Below, piece by piece: positions 49,001 to 57,780 of a stretch of DNA of 61,498 nucleotides (the stretch's first letter is position 1; every line of letters begins with the position of its first letter). This DNA comes from a virus (lineage: Duplodnaviria; Caudoviricetes), in IMG/VR virus record IMGVR_UViG_3300042695_000123, positions 1 through 61,498 of that record; one strand, given 5' to 3'. The position numbers and the translations under genes are program-made. Below the pieces are notes generated by a model. It was given only the letters and a program-made list of their open reading frames with translations, searched no databases and had not been told where the DNA came from.

Positions 49001-49540
49001 ATGGCACGTACTACGTTTCAAGGCCCAGTTCGTTCATTGGGCGGCATTTATCAACAAGGCCCAGCGTCTATTGTTGACATCACAACAAGCACCACATTAA
49101 GCCCAGAAGCTCACGGCGGTCGTATCATCGCAGTTGGCGGTTCTTTGGCCGCAGCAGTCACTTTGACTTTGCCAGCAATCAACGTTTCAACAAACTCTGT
49201 TACATCTGGCCCCGGTCAAGACCCAAGCACAGCTAACAACGAAGGCGTTGTTTACACAATCTGGGTTCCCACTACCATCTCTACAAGCTCTTTGAAGATT
49301 GGTACTAACGGCACTGACAAATTTGTTGGTTCTTTGATTTCTGTTGATACAGATACATCTGGCGCAGTTGTTGGTTTTACAGCCGGAGCATCTAACGATT
49401 TCATTAACTTGAACGGCACAACAACTGGTGGCGTGGCAGGAACATGTATTCAAATCGTTGCAATTGCAGCTAACAAATACATGGTTCAAGGCCAATTGCT
49501 TGGTTCTGGCATTGTCGCCACACCTTTCGCAGATTCCTAA
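49001..49540 (+). CDS. Virion structural protein (capsid fibre/decoration-like)
   Basis: MARTTFQGPVRS, TLTLPA, ATPFADS. Confidence 0.7.
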   Translation: MARTTFQGPVRSLGGIYQQGPASIVDITTSTTLSPEAHGGRIIAVGGSLAAAVTLTLPAINVSTNSVTSGPGQDPSTANNEGVVYTIWVPTTISTSSLKIGTNGTDKFVGSLISVDTDTSGAVVGFTAGASNDFINLNGTTTGGVAGTCIQIVAIAANKYMVQGQLLGSGIVATPFADS

Positions 49541-49547
49541 TCAACCC

Positions 49548-49569
49548 AAGGGGCTTCGGCCCCTTTTTT
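49548..49569 (+). terminator. Intrinsic terminator
   Basis: AAGGGGC-TTCG-GCCCCTTTTTT. Confidence 0.8.
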
Positions 49570-49583
49570 AAAGGAGATTGATT

Positions 49584-50099
49584 ATGATGCAAACTGACGT
49601 TAAGCAAGGGCATTTAAACCAAAGTGGTTTTTTTGTTCTTGGACGAAATCGCGTTAAAGGCATTTCGTTTTTTGGTTCTGGCACGGATGGCACTTTAGTG
49701 TTGTTTGATACCGCTTCTGTACCTGTAACGGCTAGTGTTACTTATGCTCGCTCTGGTACAACTGTGACGGTGACAAAGACTGCTCACGGCTTGTCTACAG
49801 GCGCTGTTGTTGGTATTCACTTTGACAGCAATACAAGTCAATCAGCAACTGATGGAAATTACACTATCACTCGCACAGGCGCGGATACATTTACGCTAAC
49901 AGACATTAACACCGGAACAATTACTTCTACTGCGGCTTCGTATGTAAGTGGCGGCGGTCGGTGGCTGATGACTTACGAAATAGACGGCACTGATACTTTT
50001 AGTAATGCACCCGTTATTCCGGGCGAAGGTGTGTTAGCTACTCAAGGTATTTATGCACTGATGACTGCTATTGATTCAGTGCAGATTTATTATGGCTAA
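49584..50099 (+). CDS. Virion structural protein
   Basis: TVTVTKTAHGL beta insert similar to that in 2274-4391. Confidence 0.65.
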   Translation: MMQTDVKQGHLNQSGFFVLGRNRVKGISFFGSGTDGTLVLFDTASVPVTASVTYARSGTTVTVTKTAHGLSTGAVVGIHFDSNTSQSATDGNYTITRTGADTFTLTDINTGTITSTAASYVSGGGRWLMTYEIDGTDTFSNAPVIPGEGVLATQGIYALMTAIDSVQIYYG

Positions 50100-50337
50100 G
50101 AGTCCAGCATGGCAGAGGAAAGAAGGCAAGTCCGAGAAGGGCGGCTTGAACGCCAAAGGTCGAGCCTCTGCGAAAGCGCAAGGCATGAACTTGAAACCTC
50201 CCCAGCCGGAAGGCGGCTCACGGCGCGACTCTTTCTGTGCAAGGATGAGTGGCATGAAGAAGAAGCTGACAAGTGCAAAGACGGCAAACGACCCGGATTC
50301 ACGGATCAATAAAGCATTGAGGGCATGGAATTGTTAG
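50092..50337 (+). CDS. Small basic protein (DUF6321-like)
   Basis: GGLNAKGRAS, RRDSFCARM, SRINKALRAWNC. Confidence 0.7.
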   Translation: MAKSPAWQRKEGKSEKGGLNAKGRASAKAQGMNLKPPQPEGGSRRDSFCARMSGMKKKLTSAKTANDPDSRINKALRAWNC

Positions 50338-50573
50338 ATCTCAATACCGCTTGGTCTGCCATCCTATCTTTAGTGATTGGATTGTTAGGTTACATGATGA
50401 ACGAAAAGTTCAGGGAACTGGCACGTGTCACGATCCTGTTGAACAAAACTCGTGAGGAGGTAGCACGTGATAACGTTACTCAAGCAGAAGTTGACCGCAT
50501 TACAAGTCATATTGACCAACGCTTTAACAAGCTTGAAGAAAAAATTGACCAGCTTATTCGGCAAGGACGATAA
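50325..50573 (+). CDS. Small membrane/coiled-coil protein
   Basis: N-terminal TM, LLNKTREEVA, FNKLEEKIDQL. Confidence 0.7.
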   Translation: MELLDLNTAWSAILSLVIGLLGYMMNEKFRELARVTILLNKTREEVARDNVTQAEVDRITSHIDQRFNKLEEKIDQLIRQGR

Positions 50574-51037
50574 TGCCAAGTAAAAGTAAAGCTCAACATA
50601 ATTTCATGGCCGCGATAGCTAATTCGCCATCGTTCGCTAAGAAAGCCGGAGTGCCCATGTCAGTGGGTAAAGACTTTGTAACTGCCGATAAAGGCAAGAA
50701 ATTTTCTAAAGGTGGCGATATGAAAAAAATGAACATGGGCGGATACGCATCAGGCGGTTTAAACATGGTCAACAAAGGCGGCAAAATGGTTCCTGACTTT
50801 GCTGCTGATGGTGTTGGCAAGATGGCTAAAGGCGGTATGGCTCACAAAGACGTAAAGATGGACAAGAAGATGATGCAAAAGGCCGTGAACAAACACGAAG
50901 GCCGTTTGCATAAAGGTCAGCCCATGACCAAGTTGGCTGCTGGTGGCGCATTCCGCAAATCAGCTAATGGCATTGCTTCAAAAGGCAAAACCAAGGGCAC
51001 AATGATTACCATGAACAAAGGCGGCATGGCCTGCTAA
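50573..51037 (+). CDS. Basic protein with multiple xxxGG motifs and C-terminal tag
   Basis: Seven GG motifs; SANGIASKGKTKG. Confidence 0.75.
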   Translation: MPSKSKAQHNFMAAIANSPSFAKKAGVPMSVGKDFVTADKGKKFSKGGDMKKMNMGGYASGGLNMVNKGGKMVPDFAADGVGKMAKGGMAHKDVKMDKKMMQKAVNKHEGRLHKGQPMTKLAAGGAFRKSANGIASKGKTKGTMITMNKGGMAC

Positions 51038-51046
51038 GGAGTTGAT

Positions 51047-52018
51047 ATGGCTACGAGAAAACCAATGAAGAAGTTTAAACGCTACGATGAGGGTGGCGAT
51101 GTTTCTGAATCTAGAGCCAAACAACGTGGCCTAGAACTTTCTAACAAAGAAGAGCCTGTTGGCTTCTTTGAGCGTATCCGCATGGGTAACATTGATCAGC
51201 CCGGATCAGAAGCATACAACCGCTTTGGCGCTGGCCGTGGTTATGCCAAGACCATGGAAGAAGAGAGTGAAGCCGCTCGCGCACCTATGCGTGCGCCCGC
51301 CGCTGCTCCTGCACCTTCTGCACGCCCTATGTCTGATGACATGTATTCGGACTATGGTTCAAGCTCTGGTTCTGGTGCTGCCGGTACAAGCGAAACAATC
51401 AAGCCTACTCGTCAGGTGATGACTAAGCCTACATTGCCTGCGTCTAAGCCTACTGCCCCTGCCGCAGCCGCAGTTCCCAGTTTGCGTAACACTGGCCCTA
51501 TGCGTGGTGACTTGGCAAACAAGCCTGCCACAACCGCTAACTACAGCAATGAAGGCCGTAGCAGACCTGCTCCAGTCGCTCCTGCGAAGCCTTCCATGGA
51601 TGTGCCCGGCATGAGAGAAAGCGCTAAAACCGCTTTGGCCGATGATCCCACTGCATTGATTGGCGGCGCTGGAGCCGCTGCTGCCGCTTTATTGGCACGT
51701 AGCAAGCTGGGCAAAATGTTTAGAGGCGCAAAGAAAGCTGCCGATAAATCTCCGTACCTCAAAGAAATTGGTATGGAACCCAAAAAGCTGACTGGCTCTA
51801 AACGTACGGATAGTGAAAGTAAAAAAGCCGATAAAGCATATGACAAACTGAAAAACAGCAAATTCACTAAAAAAAGTGATGATGATGTTACCGATGTTAC
51901 GGCTAAAAAACGCGGCGGCATGGTTAAGAAGTATGCCTCAGGCGGAATGGTTTCATCTGCGTCTAAACGTGCTGACGGTATTGCCACTAAAGGCAAGACT
52001 CGTTGCAAGATTTGCTAA
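51047..52018 (+). CDS. Low-complexity protein with GG/RADG C-terminal tag
   Basis: YASGGMVSSASKRADGIATKGKTRCKIC. Confidence 0.75.
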   Translation: MATRKPMKKFKRYDEGGDVSESRAKQRGLELSNKEEPVGFFERIRMGNIDQPGSEAYNRFGAGRGYAKTMEEESEAARAPMRAPAAAPAPSARPMSDDMYSDYGSSSGSGAAGTSETIKPTRQVMTKPTLPASKPTAPAAAAVPSLRNTGPMRGDLANKPATTANYSNEGRSRPAPVAPAKPSMDVPGMRESAKTALADDPTALIGGAGAAAAALLARSKLGKMFRGAKKAADKSPYLKEIGMEPKKLTGSKRTDSESKKADKAYDKLKNSKFTKKSDDDVTDVTAKKRGGMVKKYASGGMVSSASKRADGIATKGKTRCKIC

Positions 52019-52027
52019 AGGATTAAC

Positions 52028-52474
52028 ATGAAACGCAGTGTAAACGACTACGATAAAACCTCAGGTGGCGGTTATCAAATTCCACGCACTCAGACCAAAA
52101 GTCGAGATCAAGAAGCGTTGGATTACTTAGGGGGCGGTTTAGGGCTTGCAGGTGCTGCTGCAACCGCAGCAATGGCTATGAGTCCTAAAAGGACAAATGA
52201 AGATCGTCGTGAAGCTGCTGAAGCTGCCAAACGTGAATCTGATGCTGCAATGAAGCGTGAAATGCGAGGCGTTCAAAAGCCTGCTAACTTTGATGCAATC
52301 GAAGAAGCCAAGCGTGATGCTAAAGATGCACGTGACCGCAAGAAGATTAGCGACATGGGTTACAAAAGCGGTGGCAAAGTTTCTTCCGCATCTAGCCGTG
52401 CTGATGGTTGCGCCACAAAAGGTAAAACTAAAGGCACTATGATTACCATGAAAGGCGGCGGCTACGCCTGTTAA
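52028..52474 (+). CDS. Protein with GG/RADG C-terminal tag
   Basis: YKSGGKVSSASSRADGCATKGKTKG. Confidence 0.75.
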   Translation: MKRSVNDYDKTSGGGYQIPRTQTKSRDQEALDYLGGGLGLAGAAATAAMAMSPKRTNEDRREAAEAAKRESDAAMKREMRGVQKPANFDAIEEAKRDAKDARDRKKISDMGYKSGGKVSSASSRADGCATKGKTKGTMITMKGGGYAC

Positions 52475-52477
52475 ATT

Positions 52478-52753
52478 ATGATGGCAAGCCGTGGTATGGG
52501 AGCCATGCTCCCCAGCAAAATGCCCAAAGGTGTACGCAAGGGACGTAAGGACAATACCGATTTCACGCAGTATGCTGAAGGCGGTAAGGTCAACGCTGCT
52601 GGTAACTACACCAAGCCCGGCCTGCGTAAGCGAATTGTGTCTCAGGTCAAAGCTGCGGCAACTCACGGCACTGGCGCAGGCCAATGGTCTGCTCGTAAAG
52701 CGCAACTTGTTGCTAAGAAATACAAAGAAGCTGGCGGAGGGTACAGAGATTGA
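52478..52753 (+). CDS. Basic protein, DUF5872 N-half-like
   Basis: YAEGG then NYTKPGLR...GQWSARKAQL...GGGY. Confidence 0.7.
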   Translation: MMASRGMGAMLPSKMPKGVRKGRKDNTDFTQYAEGGKVNAAGNYTKPGLRKRIVSQVKAAATHGTGAGQWSARKAQLVAKKYKEAGGGYRD

Positions 52754-52983
52754 AAGCTCCTCAGAAATCGCTAAAAGATTGGGGCGACCAGAAATGGCGC
52801 ACTAAGTCTGGTAAACCGTCAAGCAAGACGGGTGAGCGATATTTGCCTGAAGCAGCAATTAAATCTTTGTCCCCCCAAGAGTATGCGGCCACAACCAAGG
52901 CCAAACGTGCTGGTAAAGCATCTGGCAAACAGTTTGTAGCCCAACCCAAAGCAATAGCAAAGAAAACGGCAGGATACAGATAA
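52750..52983 (+). CDS. Basic protein, DUF5872 C-half-like
   Basis: QKSLKDW...ERYLP...KQFVAQP; TTG start. Confidence 0.7.
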   Translation: MKAPQKSLKDWGDQKWRTKSGKPSSKTGERYLPEAAIKSLSPQEYAATTKAKRAGKASGKQFVAQPKAIAKKTAGYR

Positions 52984-53363
52984 TGGCTAGAAATACACCT
53001 TACTTTGACGATCAATCCAAAGGTGGCGGTGGCGCTGCTGTTGGTGGTAGGGGCAATCCTAATGTAACGGCTAACACAGTAGCAGTTAAAAACGCTGAAA
53101 AAAATAAAACGTCTGTTGTTGATGAACAGATTAAAATGGAAAAGCTGTTGCAAGCAAAGCGTGAAATTGAAGCCGCTAAAGCTAGACCTGAACGCAAAGA
53201 AGCGGCAAGCAAAGCAACAACCAGAGAAGAAGGCGGCGTAAAAATAACCGAATATCCGTATGCCGGTAAAAACGAGTTTAAAAAAGGCGGCAGTATTCGT
53301 TCAGCATCCAGTCGCGCAGACGGTATTGCAGCACGCGGTAAAACTCGTGGAAAGATGTATTAA
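52983..53363 (+). CDS. Protein with GG/RADG C-terminal tag
   Basis: FKKGGSIRSASSRADGIAARGKTRGKMY. Confidence 0.75.
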   Translation: MARNTPYFDDQSKGGGGAAVGGRGNPNVTANTVAVKNAEKNKTSVVDEQIKMEKLLQAKREIEAAKARPERKEAASKATTREEGGVKITEYPYAGKNEFKKGGSIRSASSRADGIAARGKTRGKMY

Positions 53364-53365
53364 AA

Positions 53366-54295
53366 ATGACAACTACCGGCTCAACCCTCTTTAATCTTGA
53401 CTTCACGGAAATTGCCGAGGAAGCATGGGAGCGTGCGGGTCGTGAGATGCGTTCAGGCTATGACTTGCGTACAGCACGCAGATCAATGAACCTGATGACC
53501 ATTGAGTGGCAAAACCGTGGCATCAATATGTGGACGATGGAGCAAGGGTTTATTAACCTGACTCCGGGTCTGGCAACCTATGCGTTGCCGACAGACACAA
53601 TTGATTTGCTGGAACAGTTGATTCGCACTGGCGCAAATACAGCTTCAACTCAGGCTGATCTGACCATCACCCGTATTAGTGTTTCTACCTATGCCACTAT
53701 TCCAAACAAACTCCAACAAGCAAGACCAATCCAAGTCTGGGTTCAGAGGTTGTCTGGCGAAGTTAATCCAACAGCTTCGGTGCTTGACGGAGCCATCACT
53801 TCCACGGACACCACGCTCACGCTTAACACGGTGGTTGGACTAGCCGGTTCAGGCTTTCTCCGTTTGGGTACAGAAGATATTTACTACACCTACATATCAG
53901 GGAATACCCTTGGTGGTGTATTCCGTGGCCAGAACAACAGTACAGCCGCTGCACATGCAGATGGTACTGCGGTGTTTGTTCCTCAACTTCCTGCGGTTAC
54001 TGTGTGGCCTACGCCAGACAATTCAACGCCATACCAGTTTGTTTACTGGAGACTGCGCCGAGTCCAAGATGCTGGCGCTGGTATGGAGACAGCAGACATG
54101 AACTTCCGCTTCCTGCCTTGTTTGGTTGCAGGCCTAGCCTACTACATTGCCATGAAAGTGCCTGAGTTGCAGGGACGTTTGGACATGCTCAAGGCCGCAT
54201 ACAACGAGCAATTTGATCTTGCCGCTGGTGAAGACAGGGAAAAAGCTGCTGTTAGATTTGTGCCCCGTCAGATGTTTATTGGTGGGAGTATGTAA
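53366..54295 (+). CDS. Head-tail adaptor / tail tubular protein A-like
   Basis: ARRSMNLM..EWQNRG, VWPTPD, RFLPCLVAGLAYY. Confidence 0.7.
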   Translation: MTTTGSTLFNLDFTEIAEEAWERAGREMRSGYDLRTARRSMNLMTIEWQNRGINMWTMEQGFINLTPGLATYALPTDTIDLLEQLIRTGANTASTQADLTITRISVSTYATIPNKLQQARPIQVWVQRLSGEVNPTASVLDGAITSTDTTLTLNTVVGLAGSGFLRLGTEDIYYTYISGNTLGGVFRGQNNSTAAAHADGTAVFVPQLPAVTVWPTPDNSTPYQFVYWRLRRVQDAGAGMETADMNFRFLPCLVAGLAYYIAMKVPELQGRLDMLKAAYNEQFDLAAGEDREKAAVRFVPRQMFIGGSM

Positions 54296-54678
54296 TGGGT
54301 AACCGATTTGCATCCGGCAAGATAGCGATTGCTGAATGTGATCGGTGCGGCCAGCAATACAAACTCAAGCAGCTTAAGACTGAGATCATTAAGCAGCGTC
54401 AATTTCAGTTGTTGGTGTGCCCAGAATGCTGGGATCCAGATCAACCGCAGTTAATGCTAGGAACATTCCCAGTGGATGATCCGCAAGCCCTACGCAATCC
54501 GCGTAAAGATACAACGTATGTCACCTCTGGTGTAAACGTTAACGGTAATTTGTCTGGTGGTTCACGAGACATTCAGTGGGGCTGGCAGCCTGTTGGTGGA
54601 GCCAGTTTAAATGATGCAGGATTGACACCAAACTACTTGGTGGCAACGACATTTGTTGGTACAGTAACGATATCTTAA
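54295..54678 (+). CDS. Zinc-ribbon protein
   Basis: CDRC...CPEC, DPQALRNPR. Confidence 0.7.
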   Translation: MGNRFASGKIAIAECDRCGQQYKLKQLKTEIIKQRQFQLLVCPECWDPDQPQLMLGTFPVDDPQALRNPRKDTTYVTSGVNVNGNLSGGSRDIQWGWQPVGGASLNDAGLTPNYLVATTFVGTVTIS

Positions 54679-54689
54679 GGAGTTTAAAC

Positions 54690-54878
54690 ATGGCTTACAC
54701 ACGATCAGCCGACGGCATTGCTAAAAAAGGCAAAACTGAAGGAAAAAATTTGGGCAATAGCGGCCCAAACCAAAAGGAAATGATGGGCGGCACGGGCAAA
54801 GGTAAGGGTAAAACCAATGCCGATATGTTGTCTATGGGTCGTAACTTGGCAAAGATTGCCGCACAGAAACGAGGCTAA
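54690..54878 (+). CDS. Small basic protein with N-terminal ADG tag
   Basis: RSADGIAKKGKTEG; SD AAGGAG. Confidence 0.7.
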   Translation: MAYTRSADGIAKKGKTEGKNLGNSGPNQKEMMGGTGKGKGKTNADMLSMGRNLAKIAAQKRG

Positions 54879-54880
54879 TC

Positions 54881-55144
54881 ATGGCTACATTTAGCAAAAA
54901 AATGATGGGCAAAGAAGTTGGTGATGCCAAAGTCTATGCCACACCACACACAATGACTGGTAAGGTTGTTAAAGCTTCTGAAAACCCCGGCAGTGGTGCT
55001 GACCACAGCGATGCTGGAACAGTCAATATGGCTGTAGGTAACGTTTATCGCCGTGCACAGCCAGCAGCTAAAACAACTGGCATCAAAATGCGTGGCGCAG
55101 GTGCAGCTACCAAAGGCGTTATGAGCAGAGGCCCAATGGCATGA
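54881..55144 (+). CDS. Small basic protein
   Basis: MRGAGAATKG...RGPMA. Confidence 0.7.
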   Translation: MATFSKKMMGKEVGDAKVYATPHTMTGKVVKASENPGSGADHSDAGTVNMAVGNVYRRAQPAAKTTGIKMRGAGAATKGVMSRGPMA

Positions 55145-55980
55145 ATTACGCCGACCTTGTCACGCAGGTAAGCGATTACTGCGAGAACTCTTTCCCAACT
55201 GACAATATGAATACGTTCATTCGTCAGGCGGAGCAGCGCATCTATAACACCGCGCAGCCTGCTAACTTGCGAAAGAACGTGACAGGCGTATTGACCACTG
55301 GCAATAAATACCTTGAGTGTCCTTCAGACTTTCTGTCGGTATATAGCCTTGCCGTATACCCTTACAACACCACAACCGCCACGGGAACGGCTGGTCAAAA
55401 GACTATTGTGGTGGCAAGCACAACAGGGATTGCTGTAGACCAGCAGGTTACAGGCACAGGTATTGGAACAAATGCACAGGTTCGTAGTATCGCGGGCACA
55501 ACCATTACACTGACTGTTGCCAACAGCGGCGCAGTGTCTGGCTCTGTGGTGTTTCAGGGTGATTATCTGTATTTGCTGAACAAGGACGTAAACTTTATCC
55601 GTGAAGCCTATCCTTTGTCTGCACAGGTAAGTGAGCCTAAGCACTACGCAATCTTTGGCCCCCGGTCAGACAATGTGAATGAGTTGTCTTTCATAGTTGG
55701 CCCAACACCAAGCGCAGCATATTACGCAGAGCTTCATTACAACTACTACCCAGAGTCTATTGTCACAGCCGGAACCACATGGCTCGGTGATAACTTTGAT
55801 TCTGTGCTGTTGTACGGAACCATCTGCGAAGCAATGGTATACATGAAGGGCGACCAAAATATGCTACAGGTTGCTCAAGAGCGTTATGTACAAGCTATTG
55901 CTTTGTATAAAAACTTGGCAGATGGCAAACAGCGTGCTGATGCTTATCGTGATGGCCAGTTTAGAACGGCGGTTGCATGA
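55141..55980 (+). CDS. Second adaptor/neck protein
   Basis: FIRQAEQRI, GPTP, LLYGTICEA. Confidence 0.7.
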   Translation: MNYADLVTQVSDYCENSFPTDNMNTFIRQAEQRIYNTAQPANLRKNVTGVLTTGNKYLECPSDFLSVYSLAVYPYNTTTATGTAGQKTIVVASTTGIAVDQQVTGTGIGTNAQVRSIAGTTITLTVANSGAVSGSVVFQGDYLYLLNKDVNFIREAYPLSAQVSEPKHYAIFGPRSDNVNELSFIVGPTPSAAYYAELHYNYYPESIVTAGTTWLGDNFDSVLLYGTICEAMVYMKGDQNMLQVAQERYVQAIALYKNLADGKQRADAYRDGQFRTAVA

Positions 55981-56393
55981 GTAACATTCTGCAAACCCAG
56001 ACCACTAGCTTTAAAACAGAGCTATATACAGGCGTTCATAACTTAGCTACCAATACGCTAAAGATTGCTCTGTATACGGCTAACGCTAATTTAAACGAGG
56101 CAACAACTGTTTACACGACAACCGCAGAGGTTGCTGGCGGCGGTTATGTGGCGGGTGGTGTAACGCTAACAGGCGTAACCATTAGCTCTTCTGGGTATAC
56201 AGCTTTTGTAGACTTTGCTGATGTAGTGTTTAACGCCTCAGTCACTGCTCGTTGTGCGTTGATCTATAACGCCACGCAGGGTAATAAATCTATTGCGGTG
56301 TTGGACTTTGGGTCTGACAAAACGTCTACAAATTTCACCATCACAATGCCTGCGAATACAGCAACAGCAGCGTTGATTCGTTCTTCTAATTAA
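55977..56393 (+). CDS. Tail protein
   Basis: SFKTEL, KIALYT, LDFGSDK. Confidence 0.65.
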   Translation: MSNILQTQTTSFKTELYTGVHNLATNTLKIALYTANANLNEATTVYTTTAEVAGGGYVAGGVTLTGVTISSSGYTAFVDFADVVFNASVTARCALIYNATQGNKSIAVLDFGSDKTSTNFTITMPANTATAALIRSSN

Positions 56394-56402
56394 GGAGTCA
56401 GT

Positions 56403-56981
56403 ATGACCACGGAAAAACTAAAAGCTATCGACCACGTTTCGAGTGGTTTTATTGCCGGTACACAGTCAGGCGAAGAAGCCAAGGCTACAGGCGTTTATCA
56501 CGTTGAGTGCCATGACAAAGACGGCAATCTAAAGTGGTCTGCTGAGACAAAGAACTTGGTTGTTAATGCTGGTCTGGCTTACATGGCTGGTACTGCTTTG
56601 ACTTCAGTGACCCAGATTACCACTTGGTACATTGGCCTGTATGGCGCTGGCGCTTCTAATACACCTGCGGCTGGCGATACTATGGCTTCCCATGCTGGCT
56701 GGACTGAAGTTACTGCATACAGCAACGCAACCCGTGTGGCCGCTACATTTGTAACAGCAACGACTGCTAACCCATCTGTGGTAACTAACGCAGCTTCTCC
56801 AGCAACATTCAACATCAACGGTACAACAACTGTTGGCGGTGCGTTCCTGACAAGCGGTAGTGCTAAAGGCGGTACAACTGGTACGTTGTTCTCTGCGGCT
56901 GACTTCAGTGCGCCCGGTGATCGCTCGGTTGTGTCTGGCGACATTATCTCTGTAACCTACACGTTCAGCCTCGCTGCTTGA
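56403..56981 (+). CDS. Tail protein
   Basis: NLVVNAG, WYIGL, GTLFS. Confidence 0.65.
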   Translation: MTTEKLKAIDHVSSGFIAGTQSGEEAKATGVYHVECHDKDGNLKWSAETKNLVVNAGLAYMAGTALTSVTQITTWYIGLYGAGASNTPAAGDTMASHAGWTEVTAYSNATRVAATFVTATTANPSVVTNAASPATFNINGTTTVGGAFLTSGSAKGGTTGTLFSAADFSAPGDRSVVSGDIISVTYTFSLAA

Positions 56982-56988
56982 GGTCTAA

Positions 56989-57771
56989 ATGGCTGAAGGC
57001 GGCTGGGGTTCTGGCACATGGGGTCAGGCTGGCTGGGGTGATTCAGTCTATGACCGGAGTGTTGCTGAAACTGCGACAGGGACAGATGCCGTCGCCTCAG
57101 TTGTTAGTATTCTGGCTAGTGTTGCTGAGACAGCTACAGGGTCGGATGCAATTAGTTCGCTGGTTACGGTTCCCGCTTCGGTATCAGAGACAAGTACAGG
57201 CTCAGACGCAATAAGCGCAACAGCAGCCTTCGGGGCTGCGGTCAGTGAGAGCAGCACGGGATCAGATGAGATTAGTGCTATCCCAACGTATGGGGTATCT
57301 GTTTCCGAGACAGCGACAGGCTCTGACACAGACGCAGCTTTTGCCAACTTCTTAGGTCAGATTCTTGAGAGCGCAACAGCCACGGATGCTACTGCATCAG
57401 CTTTCACATTCTTGGCGTTTATTGTTGAGAGTGTGACGGGATCAGACGAGGTGTCTGGTAGTTTGACTATCGGTGCTTCGGTTAGCGAGACAGCAACAGG
57501 GGCGGATGCAATAGCGGCTGGGGTGACATTTAAAGGTGTGATTTCAGAGAGCGCGACTGGGTCTGATGTAGATGCGGCAGTGGCAAGCTTTCAGGCTTCT
57601 GTTGTAGAGTTGGCAACAATCTCGGATTTATTACTTGGGCGGCCACTGTGGGAAATTATTGATGACACACAGACCGCAAACTGGCAAAATATCAACAATG
57701 TTCAGTCGTCAGGTTGGACACAGGTTAGTGATACTCAGAGTGCTGGGTGGACACAGATCGACACGAATTAG
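56989..57771 (+). CDS. Tail protein with about 19-aa VxETATGxD repeats
   Basis: About ten repeats, Trp-rich termini. Confidence 0.7.
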   Translation: MAEGGWGSGTWGQAGWGDSVYDRSVAETATGTDAVASVVSILASVAETATGSDAISSLVTVPASVSETSTGSDAISATAAFGAAVSESSTGSDEISAIPTYGVSVSETATGSDTDAAFANFLGQILESATATDATASAFTFLAFIVESVTGSDEVSGSLTIGASVSETATGADAIAAGVTFKGVISESATGSDVDAAVASFQASVVELATISDLLLGRPLWEIIDDTQTANWQNINNVQSSGWTQVSDTQSAGWTQIDTN

Positions 57772-57780
57772 GAGTTTTAA

